This document shows, one piece after another, positions 16,553 to 24,194 of a stretch of DNA of 64,000 nucleotides. Position 1 is the first letter of the stretch. Each line of letters opens with the position of its first letter. The notes under the pieces are model-generated. The model was not told the DNA's origin and did not search any database. It worked only from the letters and a program-made list of their open reading frames with translations. The stretch is taken from positions 192,609 to 256,608 of the forward strand of contig CAVTYE010000001.1 of NCBI GenBank assembly GCA_963738925.1, written 5' to 3'. The DNA is from an uncultured Chloroflexia bacterium (lineage in GTDB: Bacteria; Chloroflexota; Dehalococcoidia; SM23-28-2; RBG-16-64-32). Made by a program: the position numbers and the translations under genes.

Positions 16553-18933
16553 ACGTCAGGTCACGGCCGTGGTTCATTATTCTGCCGCTGATCGTGCTGG
16601 CGGGCTCCCTGGGGCTGCTGCTGGCGCCCGGCGGCGCGGAGGCGCACGCGCTGCTGATCCGCTCCGATCCGGCCCAGAACGCGCAACTCAAGGCGTCACC
16701 GGAGGACGTCACGGCGTTCTTCAGCGAGTCTCTGGACACAAACCTCTCTTCGCTCCAGGTCGTCGACGGCGGCGGCGCCAGCGTTGACGACGGCAACACA
16801 TCGTTCGGCCCGGACCCGGCCGAGATGTCGATCGGGATCAAGGGCACGCTGGACCCCGGCTTCTACACCGTGATCTGGGAGACGCTCTCCTCCGTGGACG
16901 GGCACCTCTTCAAGGGCTTCTACCCCTTCACCGTGCTCAACGCCGACGGCTCCCAGCCCAGCGGCCAGGCCTACCAGGGCGTCTCCACCGGCGGCACGAC
17001 CGCCAAGCCGGACACCGTTGGCGTGCGCTGGGGGCGGCTGCTCGGGATCGCCGCGCTGCTCGGCACGCTCGCCTTCTTCTCCATCGTCGTCACACCGTCG
17101 CTCGGCGAAGTGGAGGAGCCGTGGCGCGGCAACTGGCGCAAGGCGGCGCGCAAGCGGCTGTTCCAGGTGTCGCTGGCGGCCGCGGCGGCGCTAGTGGTCG
17201 TCGCGGCCGGGGAGCTGTACCTCCAGGCGCGCCAGGTCGGCGGCCTGGGCGATCTGGGCACGATCCTCAAGAACGACTGGGGCCAGCGCTGGATCCAGCG
17301 ACAGGTCGCTCTCGGCGCAATCGTCGCGGCGCTCGGCGTCGCCTACTACCTCTGGCAGCGCGGGCGCGACCGTCTCGGCGACGTCGCGGTCTGGGTGGCC
17401 CTGGCCGGGAGCTTCGTCTACGTCGCTCTGATCGCGCTGGTCAGCCACGGCGACTCGATCCCGGGGTCCTTCTGGGCAGTCGGCGCAGACTTCCTCCACA
17501 TCGCCGCTGCGTCGGTCTGGATCGGGATGCTGCTCCAGCTCGCGCTCTTCCTCTTCTGGCTGCGCCACAACATCCCGCGCGAGGCCAAGGCCGACCTGCA
17601 GGCCAGCCACCTCCAGCGCTTCTCGACGATCGCCGCCACCAGCGTCGTTGTCCTGCTGGCCACAGGCACGGCCAACGCGGCCAGCCAGATCCCGGACTGG
17701 AGCTCCCTCTACGACACGGCCTACGGGCGAGCGCTCCTGGTCAAGCTCGGGATCATGTGCGTGCTGCTGCTCGCCGCCGCCGCCAACGCCTTCTATCTGC
17801 GCCCGCGTATCGTCGACGAGGCCGACGAAGGCAAGCCCGCAGACGAGCTGCGCCGCCGGATGACGCTTGCCGTGCGGATCGAGCTGGCACTGGGGATCGC
17901 GGTCCTCTGCGCCGCGGCCGTTCTCGTCCTCTACCCGACGTCCCGCCAGGAACGCGACGCCGAGGCCTTCCAGCAGGCCAGCACCTCCGCCGTCGTCGGC
18001 TACGAGATCACGCAGCCGACGAACAGCAACGACCTGCTGGTGGACTTCACGGTGTCCCCCAACACGGCGGGCTTCAACTCCTTCCGGGTCTTCCTCTTCG
18101 CGATCGGCAGCGACGCCATCCCGGCGGACAGCTCGCAACCGGGCGGCGTCCTCAAGGTGCGAATGAAGATCTACAACCGCAGCGCGGACTTCGGGCAGCA
18201 GATCGTGGAGATGGATCCGGTGGGCGGGAGCCTGCCGTCATACAAGGCCGCCGGGGCGTTCCTGCAGCAGGCGGGGCAGTGGGAGATCGACGTCACCGTC
18301 CAGCGCCGCGGCCTCGACGACGAGACGGTTACGATCTCCGTCCCGGTCCAGGCGGTCGGGGCCGGCCAGGGCCAGTTCGAATACCCGCTCACCCTGGGCT
18401 CGTGGCTTTCGGTGGCCGCCGCGGCGATTCTTGTGCTGGCGCTCATCGTCGCCGCCTGGGTGACGGAATGGCCGGGACGAATGCCGCGCATCTCGCCGCG
18501 TTTTCTCCGCGTCGGCACGGCCACCTTCACCGTGCTGGGCGTCGGCCTTCTGGCCATCAGCCTGATCCCCGGCAGCAAGACCGTGAGCGGCAACCCGATC
18601 GATTCATCGCCGCAATCGATCGCGGCCGGGCAGCAGCTGTACCAGCAGAACTGCTCGCGCTGCCACGGCATCAACGGCGACGGCCACGGCACCGACGCCG
18701 CCAACCTGACCACCCAGCCCGCGGACTTCCGCGTGCACATCCCCTATCACACAGACGACCTCTTGTTTAGATTCATATCGAACGGGATTGGCACAATCAT
18801 GCCAGCCTGGGGTACGGTTCTTACGGAGGACGACCGCTGGAACATTCTCAACTACTTGCACTACGCTTTCGGACAGGATGGACAACCGATTTCTGATGGT
18901 TCACCAACTGCAACTCCAATCCCCACTCCCTAA
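16549..18933 (+). CDS. CopC-CopD fusion (YcnJ-like) with an Ig-like extracytoplasmic domain and a C-terminal class I cytochrome c
   Basis: GTG overlaps the upstream stop (GTGA). The N-terminus AHALLIRSDPAQNAQL...GFYTVIWETLSSVDGH is CopC. About 8 TM helices follow (CopD). FTVSPNTAGFNSFRVFLF...WEIDVTVQRRG is tentatively a YtkA/FixH-like domain. After a further TM region, LYQQNCSRCHGINGDGHG...IMPAWG supplies CXXCH and a Met ligand. Confidence 0.85.
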   Translation: MNVRSRPWFIILPLIVLAGSLGLLLAPGGAEAHALLIRSDPAQNAQLKASPEDVTAFFSESLDTNLSSLQVVDGGGASVDDGNTSFGPDPAEMSIGIKGTLDPGFYTVIWETLSSVDGHLFKGFYPFTVLNADGSQPSGQAYQGVSTGGTTAKPDTVGVRWGRLLGIAALLGTLAFFSIVVTPSLGEVEEPWRGNWRKAARKRLFQVSLAAAAALVVVAAGELYLQARQVGGLGDLGTILKNDWGQRWIQRQVALGAIVAALGVAYYLWQRGRDRLGDVAVWVALAGSFVYVALIALVSHGDSIPGSFWAVGADFLHIAAASVWIGMLLQLALFLFWLRHNIPREAKADLQASHLQRFSTIAATSVVVLLATGTANAASQIPDWSSLYDTAYGRALLVKLGIMCVLLLAAAANAFYLRPRIVDEADEGKPADELRRRMTLAVRIELALGIAVLCAAAVLVLYPTSRQERDAEAFQQASTSAVVGYEITQPTNSNDLLVDFTVSPNTAGFNSFRVFLFAIGSDAIPADSSQPGGVLKVRMKIYNRSADFGQQIVEMDPVGGSLPSYKAAGAFLQQAGQWEIDVTVQRRGLDDETVTISVPVQAVGAGQGQFEYPLTLGSWLSVAAAAILVLALIVAAWVTEWPGRMPRISPRFLRVGTATFTVLGVGLLAISLIPGSKTVSGNPIDSSPQSIAAGQQLYQQNCSRCHGINGDGHGTDAANLTTQPADFRVHIPYHTDDLLFRFISNGIGTIMPAWGTVLTEDDRWNILNYLHYAFGQDGQPISDGSPTATPIPTP

Positions 18934-19450
18934 CGTCTTCTTCTCGCAGCGCCGGCGCAGCGGCCGCCAACGGGCTGCCCAGCGGGGCGGCGCCAGCCTG
19001 CCGGACTGGGTCTGGGGCGCCGGCCTGGGCGTCATCGTCCTGATCTTCGTCGGCGGGTTCTTCTTCTTCAGCAGCGTCACCGGCTCCAGCGCCACCTGCG
19101 ACAAGGCTCTCGGATCGCTGGGACAGAGCAACCTGGACGCGACCGGGTTCGCCGAAGAAGATGCGGCGCTGGGTCACGTAATCGATTTCCTCAACCAGGG
19201 CGACATCAACGCCGCCACCAATTCGTTCTACGGCGACACTCACAACTTCATGCACAACGCCGACCCGGCGATCCGCGCCGTGGACGAAGGCCTGGCCAAG
19301 AACCTCTGCAACGCCGTCATCCAGCTCGAGACGGATATCGAACCGTCCGCCGGCAAGACCACGGCCGTGATGGCCGCCGACGCGAACCTCGTCCGCAAGT
19401 ACCTGGGCGATGGCGCGGTGGCGCTGGGCTATCCGCGGCCGGGATCGTAG
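18896..19450 (+). CDS. membrane-anchored protein with the unrecognised Cys/H-x3-H domain (copy 4)
   Basis: The ORF track starts at 18788, inside the upstream gene; I trimmed it to ATG 18896, but the start is uncertain. Arg-rich tail SQRRRSGRQRAAQRGG, then a TM, then CDKAL...FYGDTHNFMHNADPAIRAVDEGLAKNLCNAVIQLETD...DGAVALGYPRPGS. Confidence 0.7.
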   Translation: MVHQLQLQSPLPNVFFSQRRRSGRQRAAQRGGASLPDWVWGAGLGVIVLIFVGGFFFFSSVTGSSATCDKALGSLGQSNLDATGFAEEDAALGHVIDFLNQGDINAATNSFYGDTHNFMHNADPAIRAVDEGLAKNLCNAVIQLETDIEPSAGKTTAVMAADANLVRKYLGDGAVALGYPRPGS

Positions 19451-19460
19451 GAGGGCTGCC

Positions 19461-20249
19461 ATGGGACAACTGGACGGACGTGTCGCGATCGTCACCGGGG
19501 CCAGCCGGGGCATCGGCAAGGAGATCGCGCTGCTCTTCGCCCGCGAAGGCGCCAGCGTCGTCGTCGCCGCGCGCACCGAACACGAAGGCGAGCACCAGCT
19601 CCCCGGCGGCATCTCCGAGACCGTAGCCGAGGCGCGAGCCGCCGGCGGCGAGGCCACGGCCGTGCGCGCGGACATCTCGCAGCCGGCCGATATTGAGCGC
19701 CTGGTCGCCGCTGCTCACGAGGCGTACGGCCCGGTCGACGTTCTGGTCAACAACGCCGCGCTAACCTACTACATCCCGATCGCCGAGCTCCCGCTCAAGC
19801 GCTGGCAGCGGATGCTGGACGTCGATATCACTGCGCCGTTCCTCCTGGCCCAGGCCGTGATCCCGGACATGATCGCGAAGGGCCACGGCAACATCGTCAA
19901 CATATCCTCGCTGGCGGCGCGGCACCCGGAGGGCCCTCCCTACGCCATGGCCCCGCGCGGCGGCACGACCTACGGCGTCGTCAAGGCTGGGATCGAGCGC
20001 TTCAGTTCAGGCCTGGCCCACGAGCTCTTCGACAAGCACATCGCCGTCAATTCGCTGGCCCCTACCGGCGTCGTCGCCTCGCCGGGTGTGATGTTCCACC
20101 GCCTGATCGAGAGCGAGGACGACCCCCGCGCCGAGCCGGTGGAGTACATGGCCCGGGCCGCCCTGATCCTGGCGACTTGCTCCGCCGATGAGATCACCGG
20201 CCGCATCACCTACAGCCAGTCGCTCCTGAAGAAACACGGCCAGCTCTAG
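19461..20249 (+). CDS. SDR family oxidoreductase
   Basis: Start set to ATG 19461, preceded by GTAGGAGGG. MGQLDGRVAIVTGASRGIGKEIA (TGxxxGxG), NNAA, and YGVVKAG (YxxxK). Confidence 0.85.
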   Translation: MGQLDGRVAIVTGASRGIGKEIALLFAREGASVVVAARTEHEGEHQLPGGISETVAEARAAGGEATAVRADISQPADIERLVAAAHEAYGPVDVLVNNAALTYYIPIAELPLKRWQRMLDVDITAPFLLAQAVIPDMIAKGHGNIVNISSLAARHPEGPPYAMAPRGGTTYGVVKAGIERFSSGLAHELFDKHIAVNSLAPTGVVASPGVMFHRLIESEDDPRAEPVEYMARAALILATCSADEITGRITYSQSLLKKHGQL

Positions 20250-20364
20250 GTCCGGGCGCCGCCGGTAGCCGCCCCGTAACGCCCGCGAGACGTTTACCGG
20301 CTATCAACCGAGCGCTTTACTTGACGGGGTAACTCGTCAACTTCCGTGTCGTCTTGCCTAGTGC

Positions 20365-21132
20365 ATGCACGAACGAACGGCGCTAATTCCCCGAAATCCA
20401 GCCTTAACCGTGGCCATCATCGCGGCCGCTGTTTTGGCTGCGCTGGCGATAGTGCTAACCCTGCCCGCGTCACCGGCTGCCGCCGACCCACAGCTGGACT
20501 CCGAAGAGCAGGCCTTCGTGACGCTGATCAACGACTACCGCGCCCAAAGCGGCCTCGGCCCGCTGTCCATCGATTGGGAGCTGCAGGCTTCCGCCGACTT
20601 CATGAGCAAGGACATGGGCGAGAAGGCGTACTTCAGCCACAACGAGCCCAGCGGCCGCAACCCCTGGGACCGCATGTGCGCCTTCGGGTACTGCTACAAC
20701 ACCTACAAGGGCGAGAACATCGCGGCCGGGTACACCACGGCCCAGCAGGTCTTCACAGCCTGGCAGAACTCTCCCGGCCACAACTCCAACATGCTCGGCG
20801 CCAGCTACCACGCCATGGGAATCGCCCGCGTCTACACGTCCGGCAGCCCCTACGGCTGGTACTGGACCAACGACTTCGGCGGCGTCAACAGCAACGCCGA
20901 TCCGCCGGGCGGCCACACCGCCACCCCAACGGCGACACCCAACGGATCTGCCACCCCGGTCCAGACCGCCTCGCCGACACCGGTACGCACGGCCACACCA
21001 ACGCCAACGCCGCCGGTGACCTCGCAGCCCACACCCATCGTGCACCAGACCGCTTCTCCGTCACCGACGCCAACGCCCAACGCGAAGCCGCTGGGCAGCA
21101 CTCCCCGCGCGACGCGAACCCCGGTCCGTTAA
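20365..21132 (+). CDS. secreted CAP/SCP (PR-1-like, YkwD-type) domain protein with a Pro/Thr-rich tail
   Basis: Signal/TM ALTVAIIAAAVLAALAIVL. LINDYRAQSGLGPL...YFSHNEP...GENIAAGY...AWQNSPGHNSNML..YHAMGIA. The C-terminal tail is a TPTATP/SPTPTP low-complexity stretch. Confidence 0.85.
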   Translation: MHERTALIPRNPALTVAIIAAAVLAALAIVLTLPASPAAADPQLDSEEQAFVTLINDYRAQSGLGPLSIDWELQASADFMSKDMGEKAYFSHNEPSGRNPWDRMCAFGYCYNTYKGENIAAGYTTAQQVFTAWQNSPGHNSNMLGASYHAMGIARVYTSGSPYGWYWTNDFGGVNSNADPPGGHTATPTATPNGSATPVQTASPTPVRTATPTPTPPVTSQPTPIVHQTASPSPTPTPNAKPLGSTPRATRTPVR

Positions 21133-21152
21133 CCACAGCCATCCCAAATAGC

Positions 21153-21192
21153 GAGAGGGCCGATCCTCACGGACCGGCCCTCTTTGTTGTTT
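21153..21192. terminator. hairpin terminator between convergent genes (CAP protein and thiolase)
   Basis: GAGAGGGCCGATCC-tcac-GGACCGGCCCTCT (one mismatch), followed by TTGTTGTTT on the + strand. Confidence 0.6.
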
Positions 21193-21199
21193 CGGCTGT

Positions 21200-22357
21200 T
21201 TAGTCGAGACGCTCGATGATCGTCGCTGTGCCAAGACCGCCGCCGCAGCACATCAGCTGCATGCCGTAGCGGCCGCCGGTGCGCTCCAGCTCGTGCAGCA
21301 TCGTCGTCATGAGGCGCGCACCGGTGGCCCCCAGCGGATGTCCCAGGGCGATGGCGCCGCCGTTGACGTTGACCTTCGACATGTCGGGGTTGACCTCGCG
21401 CTTCCAGGCCAGGATCACGGAGGCAAACGCCTCGTTGATCTCGATCAGGTCGATGTCCTTCAGCTCCAGGCCGGCGTGCTTCAGCACCTTCGGCGTGGCG
21501 GTGATCGGGCCGGTCAGCATCAGCACCGGGTCGGAGCCGACGACAGCCTGGCCCACGATGCGGGCGCGCGCCTTGAGGCCCAGCTCGTCCGCCTTCTCCC
21601 GCGACATCATCAGGATCGCTGACGCGCCGTCGGTGATCTGGGACGAGTTGCCCGCGTGGTGGATGCCGTTTGGCCGGAAGGACGGCTGAAGGCTCGCCAG
21701 CTTCTCCAGCGAAGTGTCGCGGATGCCCTCGTCGGTCTTGACGGTGTGCGGCAGGCCCTCCAGCTTGACGTCGATCTGCAGCATCTCCCGGTCGAAGCGG
21801 CCTTCGTCGCGAGCCTTCTTCGCCTTCTCGTAGCTGCCGAGCGCCCACTCGTCGGCCTCCTTGCGGCCGATCCCCCACTTGACGGCGATCTCTTCGGCGG
21901 AGATGCCCTGCGGGGTCAGCGCGTACTTCTCCATCAGGTCCGGCGTGAACGGAGCACCCGGGCCCTGCATGATGTTCACGCCCAGCGGCACCCGCGACAT
22001 CGACTCGACGCCGCCGCCGATCGTTATGTCGCAGACGCCGGAGCTGATCAGGTTGGCGGCGAAGTGCACGGCCTGCTGCCCGCTGCCGCACTGCCTGTCG
22101 ACGCTGGTAGCCGGGACGGTGTACGGAAAGTCGGCCGTCAGCAGCACGTTGCGGGCGACGTTCGCGCCCTGCTCGCCGACCTGGTCCACGCAGCCGAAGA
22201 CGACGTCCTCAACCATCCCGGACTCGATGCCGGCGCGCTTGACGACTTCGTTGAGCACCTTGGCGCCGAGGGTGTTGGGGTGCAGACCGGAGAGCACCCC
22301 GTTGCGCCGGCCCATCGGCGTGCGCACCGCCTCGACGATTACTACTTCTCGCGTCAT
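21200..22357 (-). CDS. acetyl-CoA C-acetyltransferase (thiolase)
   Basis: 385 aa with VDRQCGSGQQAV (active-site Cys), NEAFA, GGAIALGHPLGATGARL and CCGGGLGTA. Confidence 0.95.
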   Translation of the reverse strand: MTREVVIVEAVRTPMGRRNGVLSGLHPNTLGAKVLNEVVKRAGIESGMVEDVVFGCVDQVGEQGANVARNVLLTADFPYTVPATSVDRQCGSGQQAVHFAANLISSGVCDITIGGGVESMSRVPLGVNIMQGPGAPFTPDLMEKYALTPQGISAEEIAVKWGIGRKEADEWALGSYEKAKKARDEGRFDREMLQIDVKLEGLPHTVKTDEGIRDTSLEKLASLQPSFRPNGIHHAGNSSQITDGASAILMMSREKADELGLKARARIVGQAVVGSDPVLMLTGPITATPKVLKHAGLELKDIDLIEINEAFASVILAWKREVNPDMSKVNVNGGAIALGHPLGATGARLMTTMLHELERTGGRYGMQLMCCGGGLGTATIIERLD

Positions 22358-22415
22358 ATTCGTTTCCTCCTTCGTGATTCACTCGTATTCTAGCAGACGC
22401 TTAGCAGTCTTTTCG

Positions 22416-23234
22416 CTACTTTTTCGGCCCCGGCGAGCCCGTAAAGTCGATGAAGGCCAGCGGCACCCCGCAGGCGCCGGTGTGGTGGACGCTGACGATG
22501 CGGCCGCCCTGGAGCGCCGGGTGCGGCTCGCCGATCGGGTAGCCCCCGGCGCGAAGGTCCTCCGCCAGCGCGTCGATGCCGGTCACCTCAAAGGCCAGGC
22601 CGGCGACGCGGCCGCTGTGGGGGTCGCCGCCCGTCTTCGGCCCGATCACCTCGATCACCACGTCGCCGGGGCGCATGAACGCGAAGGCCTGCTCGCCGCG
22701 CTCCATCGTGCGCTTGGTCGGCACCCCGAACCAGGACTCGAACCGCTCGCTGACCGCCGTCACCGATGGCACACGCAGCACAACGTGGTCGATGCGCGTG
22801 ATGTGCCCGGAGGAGGCGTTGTCCCCGGCCAGGGCCGCCTCTGGCTCCACGAGTTCGAGCTGCGCGCCGTCGAACGCCGAGACGTGCAGGTAGCTCAGGC
22901 GGCCCGTGAACCCCTGGCGAGGCTCGCGGTCCTCCAGCGGCACGCCAAGGTCGCGCAGTCTCGCCACGTCGGCCTCGATCTCCGTGCTCCAGAGCGCGAC
23001 GTGGTGCAGCCCCTGTCCGCGCTCCGCGATGAACTTTGCGAACGGGGACGTCTCCGCCGTCGGCTGGATGATCTCCAGGTAGCTTCGGCCGGCGGCCAGC
23101 ATCGCGACGCGCACGCCGCGGGAGGACATGTCACCCTCTTTCAGGCAGGGCAGCCCCAGCGCGTCGCGGTAGAGGGCCAGCGCACCATCCAGGTCGCTGA
23201 CGGCGATGCCCACGTGGTGTACATCGGTGATCAC
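22416..23234 (-). CDS. two-domain VOC (glyoxalase/methylmalonyl-CoA epimerase-like) family protein
   Basis: 272 aa. Two glyoxalase-fold halves beginning VHHVGIAVSDLDGALALYRDALGL and IDHVVLRVPSV; GQGLHHVAL is present. Confidence 0.8.
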   Translation of the reverse strand: MITDVHHVGIAVSDLDGALALYRDALGLPCLKEGDMSSRGVRVAMLAAGRSYLEIIQPTAETSPFAKFIAERGQGLHHVALWSTEIEADVARLRDLGVPLEDREPRQGFTGRLSYLHVSAFDGAQLELVEPEAALAGDNASSGHITRIDHVVLRVPSVTAVSERFESWFGVPTKRTMERGEQAFAFMRPGDVVIEVIGPKTGGDPHSGRVAGLAFEVTGIDALAEDLRAGGYPIGEPHPALQGGRIVSVHHTGACGVPLAFIDFTGSPGPKK

Positions 23235-23282
23235 GCTCGGATTCTAAACGATGCCCGTTGACACTGGCCTGAGTCGCGACCG

Positions 23283-23540
23283 ATGCTAGCGGTGATGGCT
23301 GGCAAGATGCCCTCGGCGGAACACGGCGAGTACGATCGCGCCCTGGAAGGCGTGGACTTCCCGGCTTCGAAGTTCGCGATCCTGGAGCGCGCCCGCGACC
23401 GCGGCGGCATGGACCACGAAGTGATCGCGATGCTGGAGCGGCTGCCGAAAGACGAATACGAGTCGCTGGCGGAGCTCACAGCCGCCGTGCGCGCGCTCTA
23501 TATCGAAGACGGCGTCGACCCCTCAGCGCTGCCGCTCTAA
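23283..23540 (+). CDS. DUF2795 domain protein
   Basis: LEGVDFPASKFAILERARDRGGMDHEVIAMLERLPKDEYESLAELTAAV matches the DUF2795 pattern. The start could be one of the downstream Met/Val codons. Confidence 0.7.
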   Translation: MLAVMAGKMPSAEHGEYDRALEGVDFPASKFAILERARDRGGMDHEVIAMLERLPKDEYESLAELTAAVRALYIEDGVDPSALPL

Positions 23541-23552
23541 ACGCCGGACAAC

Positions 23553-23588
23553 GAAAAAGGCCGGGCAAATGCCCGGCCTTTTCTTCTT
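23553..23588. terminator. bidirectional rho-independent terminator
   Basis: AAAAAGGCCGGGC-aaat-GCCCGGCCTTTTTCTTCTT: a perfect 8-bp GC stem with an A-tract before it and a T-tract after it. Confidence 0.8.
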
Positions 23589-23600
23589 GTTGCCGATGGG

Positions 23601-23744
23601 TCACCAGCGCCGGTAGCCGTAGCCCCCGCCGAGGGTCAGGATCAGCAAAAGCACCAGCAGGATGAAGAAGAGCGGTGATACCGCAATTCCCAGCCCGCCA
23701 AACAGGACGATGAAGAGCAGTGCCAGAAGTAGCAGTGCAATCAT
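23601..23744 (-). CDS. small hydrophobic protein (47 aa), absent from the ORF track
   Basis: Own translation: MIALLLLALLFIVLFGGLGIAVSPLFFILLVLLLILTLGGGYGYRRW. A strong SD precedes it (GAGGAGGTGAGTTGAA-ATG), and the terminator at 23553-23588 follows it. Confidence 0.55.
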   Translation of the reverse strand: MIALLLLALLFIVLFGGLGIAVSPLFFILLVLLLILTLGGGYGYRRW

Positions 23745-23760
23745 TTCAACTCACCTCCTC

Positions 23761-24042
23761 CTATTGGCCTTGTCCGCCGTTGTCGCCGACGTTCACATCG
23801 TTGCCTGAGATGTTCACGCCGGGGTTCGTGTCAGAGTTGCTGTCCGGCTGACTCTGTTGCTCCGGTTGGTTGCCGCTGTTGCCGGTGGTGTTCGTGACGG
23901 TATTCGAGTGCCACGGCGCCCAGATGATCAGCGAGACGGCAAGTGTCGCGAAGACGATGACGGCCAGCATCGCGATCATCCACGCGGCCGCCCCTGCGGC
24001 CTCGGCGGCTGCGTGGTCTTCGGTGTGGTGTACGTGTGCCAT
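23761..24042 (-). CDS. small single-pass membrane protein (93 aa) with a His-rich N-terminus and an Asn/Gln/Gly-rich tail
   Basis: ORF 23761..24201 trimmed to ATG 24042, preceded by GGAGGCAATCAA. MAHVHHTEDHAAAEAAGAAAWMIAMLAVIVFATLAVSLIIWAPW...NTTGNSGNQPEQQSQPDSNSD. Confidence 0.55.
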   Translation of the reverse strand: MAHVHHTEDHAAAEAAGAAAWMIAMLAVIVFATLAVSLIIWAPWHSNTVTNTTGNSGNQPEQQSQPDSNSDTNPGVNISGNDVNVGDNGGQGQ

Positions 24043-24155
24043 TTGATTGCCTCCAATCTTTCCTGTGCTCAACAATAGCCACCGGAAGCACGCCAGCGCA
24101 TAACCACTCGCGACTGCGTGCATAACGCGGGCATCGCAATAGCGGCGGTGTGTTG

Positions 24156-24185
24156 TTGACCCATAAACAAAAGGCTGATTATGAT
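24156..24185 (+). promoter_or_regulatory. candidate sigma-70-type promoter (TTGACC-18 nt-TATGAT) giving a leaderless EtfD-like transcript
   Basis: TTGACC at 24156-24161 and TATGAT at 24180-24185; ATG at 24195. Confidence 0.4.
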
Positions 24186-24194
24186 TGCACGCGC

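Noticed and set aside
20880-21120. Low-complexity ACC/CCG-rich stretch; a similar one lies at about 5640-5800
   Set aside because: These encode Pro/Thr-rich linkers or tails of secreted proteins (the CAP-domain protein and the amidase). They are not independent repeat elements.
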